Of a stretch of DNA of 64,000 nucleotides, positions 12,346-26,215 are shown in pieces; position 1 is the first letter of the stretch, and each line of letters opens with the position of its first letter. A program made the position numbers and the translations under genes. The DNA lies in contig NW_025766414.1 of assembly GCF_003918875.1 (NCBI RefSeq), forward strand, positions 434,001 to 498,000. The letters run 5' to 3'. This DNA is from Haliotis rubra (Eukaryota). The notes under the pieces are model-generated. The model was not told the DNA's origin and did no database searches. It saw nothing but the letters and a program-made list of their open reading frames with translations.

Positions 12346-12445
12346 GTGAGTGAGTTAAAATTTTAAGTCACAGCGGCAGTATTTTAGCCATATCGTGACT
12401 ATATCAGGTTATATATTAATAATAATTATAGGTAAAGTATAAAAA
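12346..12445 (-). mobile_element. 100-bp 3' stub of an I/Nimb LINE
   Basis: 12-bp TSD GTTTTGCTAAGA at 12334-12345 and 12446-12457; sequence matches the LINE 3' end at 5049-5110. Confidence 0.85.
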
Positions 12446-15400
12446 GTTTTGCTAAGAACCAGACTTGGTGATGATTTCTGGTTGATTGAATTTTCCTCTT
12501 ATGTTGAAGGTCAAAACATTAAGTTACTCGGGTATTCCATTGCTTGTCTTCGTAGTCATGCCTGGCTTTCATTACAAGTGTATTTTAGGAGTTTGGCGGA
12601 GGAAATGCATCACTCATCATAGAGACGTTAAGCTTGGTGGAAGCAGATTTTTTCTGAAGTGTGTTCTATAAATCCGGGATGAAGCTACCTGCCTTCTTGG
12701 AACAGTCGCTCTACATTTGAATGAATGCCATCATATTCGAGTATTATAGATGTTAGTCCTTGTTTTTCTAGATAGACGTTGGCTCAACTTGATCAGAAAC
12801 ACTGTTGTCCTACAAGTTGGAGGAAGACTCACAGAATGAATAAGCTTTGCGGACGACAGTAGAGTATGGTCTTCAGAGTGATAGCCAGGACATCATAATC
12901 GTTGAGGAATTGTTTCGTTTAGCATGCATGTATTGTTTCCTCAACAAGAATTCAAGTTGGAATTGGCCCATCAAGGGCGTGTATTATGTTCTTCACCAAG
13001 AGCAATTTCTTTCCAACCAGTTGTATGTGACATGGATCATCTTTTGACTTATAGAGTTTCACTACAAAGTGGGTAGTGTGGACTGACATATTAAGCTATA
13101 ATTCTTACGTGTTGTAACCGTCGGCTGCAGATAGGATGTTATCTGGCTGACTGAGGAGACATCGTTGACCTGAGTTAGTGCTAACATATGGAGATCACGA
13201 ACCATAGCGCTTTTCTTTACTATTGAAATATTATTGACAAGATTGTTGATGTAGACACATCCTCATTTACCAAAGTTGAACCAATCAGACTGGGCATCGA
13301 TATGAATAACACAGCGTTTCAAGTCAGAGTAAGTGTTAGTTAATCTCCTTTATATTGCAGTGGGTCTAGATGGCGATTGATAAAAGAGAATAAAACATGT
13401 TGATTGCACGATATAGGTTCTGACTTCCCATTCTCAATGGTTTATATCTTTATGCCCAACAAGTGTTATCCACTGTGTATTTTATAGTTCCACCATGAAT
13501 ACTCGAGTGTGTTAAGGTATATAATCATCTCAAGATATATGTTTCATTTAATTGGAATTTACAGCCGTGTAAAGGCCAAAGATACTGACATATACAAACT
13601 GGTTTGCTGGTCTTGTCGGAAAAGTTTTGAGACGTTTGTCAGGCTGTTGACCAAGACTTCAGTTTGTTCGACCATGGTTTATAACTTGCGTTCAAATGGT
13701 AAATATGTTTCAGTAAGGTATGATAATATTGCCTCATGTTAGCGAAGATAATGAGAGAAGCGACATGGTCTGAATTTCTGTTTGCTGATATTAGGTGGAG
13801 ACAGTTTGCTCTCAATTCGTCACAAGTCTTAAGATTGTTCGGCAGTGTTTATACGTTCAAACCATAAAATATATATTGAGTTAGGCATGATATTCTTGCT
13901 TTGATGTCAGCAAGGATAATTAGTGAATCGACATGGGTTGAGTGAGCTGTTTTGATGAGGCATTAATTCAGTAAATGTTTCGTCTAAATTGTCACACTGG
14001 TTGTCTAAATGGTAAGCATGTAGATAACGTATACCAACAGACACAGCTGATGACAACCTGTTAACCTAGAAGTGTATGTCTGTGCGCAGAACAATCAGTT
14101 TCTTCATTACTGCCACTGTGTTAACAACGACCTCCATTTTGTGTCAGTACAATTACTTGTGGTAGTGTTACAGTTGTTAAGACAGAAAACGACAGGTGCC
14201 GGCTGTAGCTTTGTTATGGGTTCAAATATGTCGCGATAATATTTTCACATATATCACATGTTTTCAATAGTAAATTCATATCGCCCCCCGCCCAAACCAC
14301 TTCATTCCAAACTCATGGTAGAATAGTTCAGGTATAATTTAACCTGTGGTAAGTCGAACGAATTTCGTTTCAAGTCTTTTACAAACTTCTTTGTCTGTAA
14401 CGCGCCGTACACTGTTTCTCATGCTATTCTTGATATGAATGCTTTAGTTTACACAAGCTAGTTACGCTAACAAACACATAAAAATGATATGTCTTGAATG
14501 TGTCAGACAAGGTTATTTCCAGTGATCACAGTCTCACTTCATACTTGGGTATTCCCATTACATGTTGTTAAAATGTCTAGACCAAGTCATTAAACGTCAA
14601 TCATACCTCATTGGTAGAATTCAACACTTGTACAGTAATTTTAATGCATTTGTGAATATATGTATATAGATGAGGTAACAAGATGTTGAGGTTAATGAAA
14701 ATGATCATCCATCGGTATCGCGTACAGAAATGCAGAAGTATCATAAATATAAATTTTATAGCCTGCAAAATAAAGTTTGCTCAGCGAAATTAATGTCGCA
14801 AAGAGAATATGCTCTTCTGAAAGTCTATCACCCAAAAATACTTTCAGTCAAATTTAGGCGAATTTTATTATCACACAAAGCATATTAAGTAAATTAATTT
14901 TCGTACAACGTTGTCCAATATTGTGTTTATAGTGACGCACATCCCACTTCTAAAACGTAACATCTACAGCAATGAAGACGTTAAGCGTCTCGCTGTATGA
15001 TTGCAGTGCAAGTCAACTGCCCTTAATGAGGGTCGTTGGAAGCAAGGGGTATTGAACGATTCAGAGCAGGTGGCATTATCATGAGCAAGATCGATTCAAG
15101 GGCGACGTTGTCAATCTCATTTCCATTCAAGTCCTTGTCCTGTCAGATTTTTGGTACCCCATTAGAGTATTTTGTCTACTTTCCTTGACGTCATAACCTC
15201 AACAGATGTTCCTCAAGATACACCAGTCTGCAACACCTGATCGTGATCAGCTGTGCACCTACCATGCGTTTAACTTTGTTGATTTATTGACCTAACGCAC
15301 GCGTCCTATATCATTTGCCTCAGGAGAAGTCACACTCGTAACTCTTTCATATAAAAACAAAGAATTGGGAATGGCAAATAGATTGACATGTTCATTAATA

Positions 15401-15702
15401 TCGTATCGCCCTTGGGTAGGGCAGACAGCAAGGGCTTTGCGTTGGTTTGTCGCCATGCTTTGCCTCTGTCAGCTGTGTTCTGTGTAAGAGCACAGGAATC
15501 TATGACATGACTGATTTCAGAACAAACGCGTAATGTCGGAATGCTTCCATTTTGAAAAATAAATCGAGCAGCACACAACTTGCTGAGAGTAGTTTGTTGT
15601 TGTAACGAGGCAGGTGACGCACAGTAGGCGTAACCCATGCATTGACCTGTCACGAACGGTCACATTCTTCTCGAGAACGGGGACGACAGGGATAGCACTT
15701 AC

Positions 15703-15835
15703 TGATCCAATCACGTGTAACCAAGTCCAGCCTTTGTATGAGATTTACGTACGACTTTGACAAACGTCTTCCGCTTGTTTCTATGGCCCTGTTATCGAAT
15801 ATACGGCAGATCTCCTTCTCTAAACGACGAATCAT
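15703..15835 (-). other. Possible orphan exon (133 nt)
   Basis: Acceptor TTCCTCTCTTTAG and donor GATCA/GTAAGT flank an open phase-0 frame MIRRLEKEICRIFDNRAIETSGRRLSKSYVNLIQRLDLVTRDWI; no recognisable homology. Confidence 0.2.
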
Positions 15836-16949
15836 CTAAAGAGAGGAACGTACACCAAAATGTCATTACACTGTGCACAGATAGAGCACCTCCCCAATTA
15901 AGTTCAGGTTAAATGGGCACCTAAAGATACATCTGTTTATTTATCAGACTTACACAGCAGTTTAGCCCAAAGTCTATATTTTCTATTAACAGACAACCTG
16001 ACCAGATTTCGACGGTACGGATTAAACACAATGATCGAGGTTAAATTGCGTGTTGCAGCATGTATGACATACATGTTTACTGCCTTTGGATTCTGGGCTA
16101 AAGGTCTTTTAATGATGGTATATTAAAGACTTAAAAGATTGTACTCATGTTCTTTTGTTTGGTAATTTGTGTAATTCTACTTTCGGGATAGAAGAAGACG
16201 ATACCCAGATGATTCCAAACAGACTCAATTGCTCCGACGACCGCGATAAATTGGATCAGTCAGCAAGATAGGGGCAAATTAAACGTCACACCCACGGCAA
16301 ACCATGTGAAGATAAGACAAATCAAGACGATAATCAAAGTAAAAAGCACAGACCGTAGAGTTCCCAACACTCGCAAGGAGTTGAAGAACAGCAACAATCA
16401 CCACATTCGCGTACCACATTTAACGTATTGTACGTACATTTGTACTCGTCGAAACATTTCATGCTATCAATAACAAATATGTGGCTATTTATGTGTATAT
16501 TCATACAGAGAAAAAAAAAAGGTTTGTAATAATGATTAAGTACCTTAAATAGGTAACAGCGATAACTGTGGTAGTCGTTTCTGACAAAGAATGTGGCAAA
16601 AGAGGTCTTTGTAAACGCATGTTTTGGTTGTACAGGGAAAAGGAACAAAAAAACATTGCCAGCTCATGGAAAATCACCTTTAGCCAAGGATTATAAACAA
16701 ACCTTCGTTTCAAAGACGCATCGCGCTTCAGAAGCATTTTAGAAACGTTTCTTCAGAGCACACAACTAAAATCCCATCTGTCACACTTAATCTATCTCTC
16801 TCTCCCACGTCTTAATGAATTCAAACTGACACACGGATCAATTCTTCTCAACACTTCCATATTAAGAGCTTCACTGTTCGGCCTTTTAAAAGAAAGTTCA
16901 TCTTTTTACCGGTATCTGGCAGTAGCATGAAGAATAGTGCAACCAGTTA

Positions 16950-17400
16950 AGATTGTCTCGTGATCCTCATTCATCATCTGAACCTCGGGTGATCGATAGG
17001 CAACTTAGGGGGAACAAGCGAGTCAAGGATATTGTTCATAGGTTCATGCAAGCATTGCACTGTGGTGATGGCAGGAAGATAGAGGATATGAGAGTGTTGT
17101 CGTGTGATGTGAAGCATGGGAATCTGCTGATGCATGAGTAGGAGCGGGAGGGTTGGCGAGAGAGGGTTGAAGTGCGGGCAACTATGAAAATTAAGTCGAT
17201 GAAGGAGCTGTGTGGAGGAGGTGAGGGAGCGTGGGAGACCACGGACCTGTCACAATGGTGAGATGGGGCAGTTGTGGGTCAGGGGAGACGGTCTGTAGGT
17301 TGGATCAGTTTGGACAACTGGAATGGGAGCGGAAAAGGAGTGGGAATAGTCATGAGTTTACGTTATGGGCAAGAGAAGGTTTACAGGCACGGGATTGTCA
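16950..17400 (-). mobile_element. Highly decayed LINE (L2/CR1-like) endonuclease-region remnant
   Basis: Strong C-rich strand skew; SFIDLIF and NNILDSLVPPK-like peptides. Confidence 0.3.
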
Positions 17401-20074
17401 GTAAGGGGATAGGGAGATGATGTCGATTGTGAACCGGAATACAGAGAAGAGGGTGTGAGAGTGTGAACGGTCTTGGAATATATTGAGAGATAGTGTTCAA
17501 ATAAAATAACAAGAGAAGAGACGTTGTCAGGAGAGACATAGGGACAGAAAGTTTATTTCGGTTCATAGGCCATGAGATGCTTAAAACTAAACAATTACTT
17601 TACTTGGTCAAACTTGGAAATCCTTCTCTTCCTGGTTTGATTTAAATCAAATTAAATTTAATTATAATACACCATATGACGTTCGTTTGAATGTTTTTGC
17701 TCACCTTAAATCTCATTATTATGAAATGTCTTAAAGTTTTGTAAAACAGAGTTGCCAGGGTATGATTTTGTTAGTGCTCATTTATATAAATACCCAAATT
17801 TGTTAGTATGTACATCAACAGAAACATTTCAAAGAACAGCATGAAACTTTTATCTTGATTGAAATGTCCGCCCCTTCTGAACTGATGCCCTCGGCGCTTT
17901 GAACTTTATGGTCACTATACCACATTGACTCCGGTGTCTTCCGATCAAACCTTATATCCGAGCAGACACATGATACATCTTAATCATCCACTGAGGTGAA
18001 CGTCTATACCATGCAAGAGCTCGGGGAACAATGACACAGGATATTCTGGTGATACAAATGTTTGAAGGAGACGTATTGTGGCGATGCTAGACATGTTGCG
18101 TTTTGTCGTTAAACACAATATGAGAAATGTATGGCGTCTCAAAAGAACATTTCTTTTTAAGTCCGCGAGCGTCCAACATTACAGCCATATTCGAAATATA
18201 TAATGTTCTTAAGGTCTCAGGTACTGAAGTCATGGCTACTTCCGATAAGGTCTGTCTCCTATTAAACTTGGTTTGATTGTGCAGTTTATCTTTAACCCAG
18301 ACATATTCATCGACAGCGATATCATTATTTGCTGGCAAGATGCTTGATGTCAGGATGTGATGTAGGTAAATGTCGCTACATCAACAAACCGTTCCATATA
18401 AAACATCTATATTGGTATGTAATAGTGAAGCATATTCATCAAACTATCCCTGAACCGTAAAAATACCATTTCATTTCAGCCATTCCTGTAAGCCATGTAT
18501 AGATCTTTAATCACGAAGAATGTAGGCCTACGGCCCATGTTCACACAGATGATCAGTCAGTATATAATGTATATGACAAAGCAATCAACGAGTTATTCTG
18601 AAGCAATTTGCCTAATAAATATACATGGCCAATGCAGAAAGTTGGTTTAGCACACTTTTCATTTCCTCGTCATTTTCCTAAGAGCCACTAATATAATGCG
18701 ATATTTAAATTAAAAAATTTACTCATAAAAAAATCAACTTTCTAATCCTTTCAATAAATTTTATAATTAATGGAATCTCTGTTAATCCACTTTAGTCATG
18801 AAATATCAACAGCCTCCTACACATCTCGAAATGTAATATCACTTTGTCCCCCGGGAACACACGAACATAATATTTCAAAATCAAGAGAGACAATTAGGTT
18901 TACATCTGTACAATCGATTGGTGTTTGGACAACCGATTTGCAATTGCCTGCCGAGTGAGAAGGTTGTTTGTCTTCTGTTTTGGACATGGCGTCAAAACAG
19001 TGATTAATTACCTCTCTCCCAACGCTGCATTGGTTGTGGCAAGGCACGGTCTGGAATGAAAAAGGGCAACATCAATGTCTTTAAAGCTACCTCCTCCTGA
19101 TCACGACGCTTGCATTGCGTAGGTCAATACCACTTAGTCGACTTTGGCAAGATGTTGACCCACAGTGAGATAGGTTAGCTTGCCCCGTGAAGCTTATTGA
19201 CAGCGGGATCTAATAGACACTCCACGGATCTGATACAACATCGCACATGGAAAGACTCGCGCCAGAAAAATGTAATTTAACTCTGTAGAATGTGTAATAC
19301 AAGACACATTAACGTCTTTTCATTGTAACATCTGACACAAATGAATACCTTTGGTCCTCTCTGACTGCAACAAACCCATGCAGGATGCCAGCGAATAACC
19401 TTATTATGTAGCTGGTTTGTAAAATATATATGACTGTTTTCAAGAGATAAGGACAATGCTACAGAGGTATCCTTACATTGAAGGAAAACACAACGTCAAA
19501 GCTGAACATTCCTTGTCAGCATTACAAGACAACACAGCAGTAGGAGAGGTTTTACACTTAGCGATGGACAGGATGAGCCATTCCTTTATTTATATCACCA
19601 CATTTGTATTATTTGATATCTCTATTCATTTCAAAAACATACTTAATGAAGGGAAATATGATACCTTGGTGTTAGAATTTTCTAAAAACATTTTTCTTCT
19701 GTTCTAACAGGTCGTTACTTTGCGTATTGTATGTAATGGCGTTTTGTTACAGGCATGTGTGTCCACTATCTGAAGTTACACTTTGGGATTATACAAAAGA
19801 TTAACCGTAATTATTTCCTTGAATATATATTTGTGAATACATAGCGACATCTACAGACACTCATTACTTACGAAATTTTGAAAGGGTCATGTGATGTGAA
19901 GTTATGGGCAAGATGTGTAAAAGATTCACAGACATGGAAGTCAAGTCATATTTGTGTTTCCATCTTTAAGCAAATCATCCTGTCTTAACTCCGTCCTAAT
20001 AAGCAAGGGCAAACGTTGTCATCATACCACTAACAGTCAACGTCACGAACCGTGAATCTGGGCTGTAAAGTAAA

Positions 20075-20135
20075 TGAGTAAGTGTAGTTTTATACAGCTT
20101 CTAGAAATATCCCAGCAATATCACGGCAAGGGACG
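20075..20135 (-). mobile_element. tRNA-SINE 3' stub
   Basis: GAGTAAGTGTAGTTTTATACAGCTTCTAGAAATATCCCAGCAATATCACGGC matches the SINE tail consensus. Confidence 0.5.
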
Positions 20136-21226
20136 GCTGGTTAGTAATATTAGGATGCAAATATAGGTGTTCAATTTCGAACGCTAATCTACAACGAGGC
20201 TTTATCTGTCATATCCTGATCGCGATTCTCTTTGCTGTGATTCGAGGCTGTTTTGTTGAGGCGTAAAAGAACATTCGCTCACTCTTCACAGAAAACACTA
20301 TCGTTAGCTGCTGTCGGCTCTGTCTTTGTTGAACTGATCAAATAGCTAATAGGCTCTGGTGTCCCGTGACCCCTCGGGATATTATCAAACACTTCATATG
20401 AGCGATGAACGAAGAGCAACAGGCGTTTCTAAATGGATCGGATATTTTGAAACATATCAGCAAATAGATGAACTTTTTGGAAAAGGCTTTACAATGATGT
20501 TGTTAATATGCAAGTGTTGAGAACAGATCCTTTTGTCTGCTGAGATTCCAGTCAGAGGCGTTTTGCATTGATTTGAAAGAACCATTGAAAAATAAATCTC
20601 ACAAGTAAAGAAACTCCAAGTCCTTTTGAAGTCTTTGGCAAAAAGTGAGGTGTGCGTTTTGCCGTCTCAATCACATGGCGCTCGTGCCTCGGATTCAGTC
20701 TAACATACACAACCTATCATTCTAACCGCAAGAATAAAAACAACCACTTACACAAATTAGCAGTTTCTGTTCGTTTCAATTGCATCTTGAATAATGGTTG
20801 AACGGAAACGTGAGTCATCTATTTCAGTTGTTGTCATCTCTACAAAGGATAATAAAATTCATGAGTTTGTAGGAAAGTTTGAGGGTCGTTTGTCGTTTGG
20901 ATGCCATAAACACTGAGTACTGAATATAATCCTAAGTCTGAGGGTATTTGTTAAAAACATAACCAATAAAAATATTAAGTTGAAAATGTTCTTTATTTTC
21001 ATTTTGATATTCATTTTGCATGGTTCTTTAAAAAATCTATATCATCGTCGTAGTAAGGAAACAATATATATGAGCATACATGTACATGATTTCCTTGTTA
21101 TACACATGCGCCTTATAGTGAGAACGAAATTATGTTCAATAACTGTGGTTGAAAATGGAATGAATCTGACACAAAAAAAATTTGTTAAATGTTTTCACCG
21201 ACTAGCTTTTTAGTTGTTTGGAAATA

Positions 21227-22481
21227 TACTGAGTCAAAAAAGAAACTTCACATTCTTCCTTCAGGGCACTATGAAAGAACAAGAGATGGTAAGATGGTTA
21301 AATTGTTATTATTTCATTGCTGAGATCTGTGTGATGGACTCGATACACTGACAGTGCCATAATCAGTTCCATTAGGCTACACCGCCGTTCCAAAACATGG
21401 GTATACAGAATGTCAAGTCACAAGAATAGAAATGCGAAATTCTCAGTTCAGTATCGTGTATGGCCGCCCCGCGCATTCACCACTGCCAAACACCGTCTCC
21501 TCATCGACTGTCTGATGCTTGTGAACACGTGGTTGGGGATTCTGCGCCATTGGTCTTGCAAGGCAGCGCCAAGTTCCTGCAAATTCTGAGGTTGGTTCCT
21601 AAGACCACGAAGCCTTCTCCCAAGTGCATCCCAAACGTGCTCTATTGGATTAAGGTCAGGGGACCTCGATGGCCAGTCCATAACGTTGATTACAGCGTTT
21701 TGAAGGAAATTTCGTGTCAACATCGCGGTATGCGGCCGAGCATTATCATGCTGGAACTGTAGACCTGGGCCATGAGCCGCCATGAAAGGAACGAGTTCAG
21801 GGGTGAGCACCTGGTCGCGGTAAGCAGCAGCTGTGAGATTTCCACGGATGACTAGAAGTCGGGAACGCCATGCAACTTCCGCCCCCGAATCTGTCGACTT
21901 CCTGTACACAGCATTGGGCATACCGTTCACGACGTCGTCTCCAGACTCTATGCCTGCCGTCCGCGAATCTGAGGGTAAACCTGGATTCATCGCTAAAGAC
22001 GACTCGATTCCAGTCTCTCTGGGTCCATCGGAGGTGACGTTGGGCCCACAGCAGACGTTGACGTTGATTAAACGGCGTCAATATTGGCCCACGATATGGA
22101 CGTCGAGAATGGAGATTGGCAGCCCGCAACCGATTTCGAATGGTCTGTGAGGACAGTCGACCTCTAAACATCTCAGCCCTAGTTCGTGTAGCCGGCAGAA
22201 ATCTGTCACGTAGGTGACGTAGGACGATTTGACGGTCTTCTGCTCGTGACGTCACACGTGGACGACCCGACCTTGGGCGATCAGAAGTGGTGCCAGTTTG
22301 TCGTAGACGACCTCGCAAGTCATACACAGTACGACGGCTGCATCCCATTGCTCTTGCGACGTCAATAACTGATCTTCCCGCTTGCAATATGCCAACGGCA
22401 CGTTCACGTTGCACATTTGACAATCGTGGCATTTCAAGTACCGTTAGAACTGTGATACATTTGAAACCTGAACCCCTCAAA
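21227..22481 (-). mobile_element. Tc1 element A (one TIR; 5' end replaced by element B)
   Basis: TA + TACTGAGTCAAAAAAGAAACTT TIR at 21225-21250; near-complete transposase; no partner TIR found downstream. Confidence 0.9.
21448..22432 (-). pseudogene. Tc1-family DD34E transposase with one frameshifting deletion near FGGGS
   Basis: MPRLS..HTH..RSGRPR, VFSDESRF, QHDNARPH then 34 residues to E in SPDLNPIE, ends GGHTRY; ORFs 21797-22480 and 21448-21990 join by frameshift. Confidence 0.95.
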
Positions 22482-22483
22482 TA

Positions 22484-23611
22484 TACTCTTCAAAAAAAAG
22501 AAACTTGATGTAGGACAAATTTGAATTTTTGGAACATATTTGACACAAACCAGTCCATGCTGAATCCCAGCATGTGTGGGAATGGTTGCCGACGACAAAG
22601 CGAAACATTTAAGTCGAGTCGCTAAAACGCACCTTACATGAAATGCACGAGCATCATGAAATTATGTATCACCCTGAGCTGAAGCCTATGTCTGTAGGCT
22701 TTTAAAAGCCACATCAGTGGCATTAAGCCACTATAGACAACAAGAGAATGAAAAGACTGACAGAAGCTCAACGACACAACGCCATCGGCTGTTTACAAGG
22801 ACGGACATCGCAGCATGATGTGGCAAGGCACTTCAGCGTGTCCAGACAGACCATCTCAAACCTATGGACCCGATACAAAAATACTGGGAGTGGTAATGAC
22901 AGACCTCGAGTTACCACCGCCGCCCAGGATCGCTATATCCGGTTGAGACATTTTCGTTCAAACACCACGGCCGCATCATCCACAACAATCCAAATCCCTG
23001 GACTGCTCCGAATCTCCGACTAGACAGTGCGCGATTGGCTATGGAAAGCCATACTTTTTGCCAGAAGACCAGTTCAATGTCACGTCGTTCTCTACATCAA
23101 CGTGATCTTAGGAGGAGGATAATACTTCACCTGACGTTGCGCGTATTTGACAGGTCTTCCTCCAGCAAAAGAATATTCAGTTGTTACCTTGGCCTCTTCT
23201 GGATCACCGGATTTGTCCCCCATTGAACAACTATGGGATACTCTTGATCGACGGTTGCGCCAGCGTAATCCGCCACCTCAGACACTACAAGAACTGCACA
23301 CAGCACTTCAGCAAGTGTTGCAAAACATTCCTCAAGACAGCATTCGGCATCACCTTTCTTCTAGGGGTCACCGCTGCCAAGCTGTTATCGATGCTCGGGG
23401 TGGTCACACCAGATACTGACATTTTACTCTGACCAAGTGGCTTTAATAGCCCTCTGTGGTTTTACAAAACACTTTCTGGATAATCATGTTTTGGAAATTT
23501 GTAAGGTGATGATTTTTCTGTAACTGAGCAATGATGTCATGTTTGAGTCAGTTATATGCACTCTGTAAATAAACTCCATAACAGCATGTCAAGTTTCTAT
23601 TTTTAAGAGTA
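22484..23611 (+). mobile_element. Tc1 element B, internally deleted
   Basis: TIRs TACTCTT(C)AAAAA.AGAAACTTGA at both ends, TA TSD at 22482-22483 and 23612-23613; transposase remnants MKRLTEAQRHNAIG..., SPDLSPIEQLWD..., GGHTRY (22748-23419). Confidence 0.92.
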
Positions 23612-23964
23612 TATTACAGCCGGCTATACGTTATCATCGGGCTACAAACAAAATACTTTTAAATGCAAAATAATGTGAATGGCGGTTGTTAGTGATAGGG
23701 TAGAATATGCTTAAGCGTTTCAGAACACCTTGTGTTATCTCTGATTTTGCAGTACAGCATAATTATATGCAATTTGTACCGCTAATTTGCATTTTAAATG
23801 AAACGGAAAAACGGCAATGATTCTTTTTTTTCAAAAGACTTCTAGAATGCCGATCAAACAATACATTAATGTACATGTGAGTTGTTGTGCAGTAAAACGT
23901 GCTCTTCGTCAGATAATAATATTATTATTATCAACAAACAAACCTGTCGTTGAACTGTATAGTT

Positions 23965-24057
23965 AGTGAGTAATTGAGCGAATATGTTTTTTCCCAGCGT
24001 TTAGCAATATTCCAGCAATATCACGACCGGGACACCAGAAATGGGCCCATGTGGGGA
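23965..24057 (-). mobile_element. tRNA-SINE fragment with internal deletion
   Basis: TTTAGCAATATTCCAGCAATATCACG..GGGACACCAGAAATGGGC-CCATGTGGGGA, homologous to 61133-61300. Confidence 0.65.
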
Positions 24058-25106
24058 TATATGTATTTGAAGAATGGAAACGTTTTCAATTTTCTGAGAA
24101 GGCAGCGTGGACTACAAAGCGAAAATGTCAACAAGATTGTATTCAGAAATATATATGTGTTTCTTCTGATAACTGTATGTATTGGGAACCGGTCACCTGC
24201 GTCCCATAACCTTTCACTTTCCGATCCTGTTGTGTGCTGAAATTCAAACTGTACGATGATCGAAGTGTATTCTCAGAACAGGATATATTATTGCTACAAA
24301 CTTAGAAAAACTTAGAATTTGAGATTGAGATGGACTTCAGCAGTGATTCAGCTTTATGGTTATTTCTGCAGAAGACAGAAGACACGGGCTTTGTAAATCG
24401 TAGTTATATGGGGGATTCGAAACAGAACATCAAGAAAATTCTTCATACGCTCGTGTCTATCTGTCGACTTTTGACGGCAGACACAAATGGCGTGGCATGA
24501 AACGCAATTAAAATGAACCCTTGACGCTTGCAGTGCACACAGCACTGAGATTGACTCTGGAAGTATCCTGACATCAGTAGAGGAAGTTAGTGTGACATTT
24601 GAAAGTGGAACGTACAATTCTTTTGAATACGATATTGTTCTCGTAGGGTCTCACGCCAGCTTGATATTGTCAAAAACACATTAACGTCTGTTCATTCCGA
24701 CATCTAAAACCAATGCCTATATTCTGTCATGTCTTAAGTCACAAATTCCAATTTCTCAATTGTAGCACGGAGCCGCACTGAGCAGCTGGTTGTGTCTTCC
24801 TGGACCAATATACATGAATTCAGGCTTGATGGTATAAATGCCACGCTAGTGTCCTTGCACAGTAGGCGACGGGAGTAAGGTTCAACTACAATAACTCTCC
24901 GTACCTGTATATAATCTTCAAACGACAAGACGTCTAACTAGAAATCTACCGTCGTCGGAAGCTTGGTCATTTGTGATAATGTTCGCTACATTCCCAGTAT
25001 GGTAATTAGCATTTTCGAAAAGTTTGATCTGACGACGCACGCTAAACGTTTGTGGTCACCAAGCCTGGCAATTGATCCATGGCTACACAAACGTTCTGTT
25101 CCCGCA

Positions 25107-25250
25107 TGATATTCTAGTTGATTTACTGTCCTTTGTCGACATATTTTATTATCTAATATTATCTATTGTTAACGTGTTACCTGTTTTAGTCACTATATGG
25201 CTGAAATATTGCCGATGTGACCATACATTTTAACTCTCTCACTCATTCAC
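25107..25250 (+). mobile_element. I/Nimb LINE 3' stub
   Basis: TGATATTCTAGTTG..TTACTGTCCTT..GTCG..TATGGCTGAAATATTGCCGATGTGAC..(ACTC)n as at 2414-2558. Confidence 0.8.
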
Positions 25251-26139
25251 TGACTCCTTATTGCTACTGCCCAATGTTAAAGTCACACCAGTAGAAAGAC
25301 TCATCGATTCTCTTTCCACCGTCGTGGCCTTCAGGATATTCTCCAACACTTCGAGGTGGAGATGAACCTTCTCTGGATTAACCATTTTCATTCAAATGAA
25401 GGAAAAAGCTTCACAGTAAAGCTTTTACTTAGGAGCTGTCGAAAAAAACCCGAATCCATTTGCCACCTCGGATTCCATAAGCCAGGGCAGAGCAGGCTAG
25501 ATTAAGTGTGACGGAAAGATCTTAGAGACATGCTTTAATTGGACGACCATTTTTAAAACCTGTTTCTGACACGCAAATTGTCTCCATATTGAGAGTTTAA
25601 TTGGAAGCTTTTGGCAAGAAGTGAAATGAAGGGTTATGCTGTATCAAGGAGACGCCACTGGGTGTCTTCCTTTTTGCCTTATGCACACAGCCGATCGTTC
25701 AAAAGCATGAACTCAATCAAATATGGATGGTTAGTTTGTTTATATTTTGGGAAAGGTTTTTAACATAATCCCTTTGACAAAATATTTTCAGGTGTATTTG
25801 ACGACACTTTGATTTACACTTCCCAAGGCGGCTTGTGTAGCTATGTGCCGATCGCAATGTAAATAGTCAACAACACTGGCGTCATCATTCTAATTCCCGA
25901 GCTACCGGTTATACTTTCTATCAGATGCAACGATGAACGGTCAACAATCCCACAAATTAGGAACAACGTTCAATTTGATGGATGTTTTTTCAGGTAACAA
26001 ACGCACTTGGTCATTGTTGCAGAAGGGATTCGTCTCCCTGAAAGCGCCTTAGTGAAACGGTCTAAAGAATTATCATCTACCAAGAATAAAGTTAATCTAC
26101 GTATGAATATATATGTCATAGATTTTAATCTAACACAGC

Positions 26140-26215
26140 ACAGTGCAGACGTTTCGGGTTTACAACAGGTACCATAACCTGCTGCTTCTCAGTGGCTGTG
26201 TCCATACATCACTCT
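26140..26215 (-). mobile_element. Penelope pLTR-like remnant with decayed hammerhead-like motif
   Basis: Minus strand CA-CUGAGAA-GCAGCAGGU(UAUGGU)ACCUGUUGU-AAACCC-GAAACGUC-UG. Confidence 0.35.

Noticed and set aside
12500-13700. Decayed endonuclease/RT-like region
   Set aside because: Only faint motifs (HGGTIKY, YQSPS); too degraded to assign.
18087-18338. LRR/TLR pseudogene (PETLRTLYISN)
   Set aside because: A single LRR-like phrase with no repeat periodicity.
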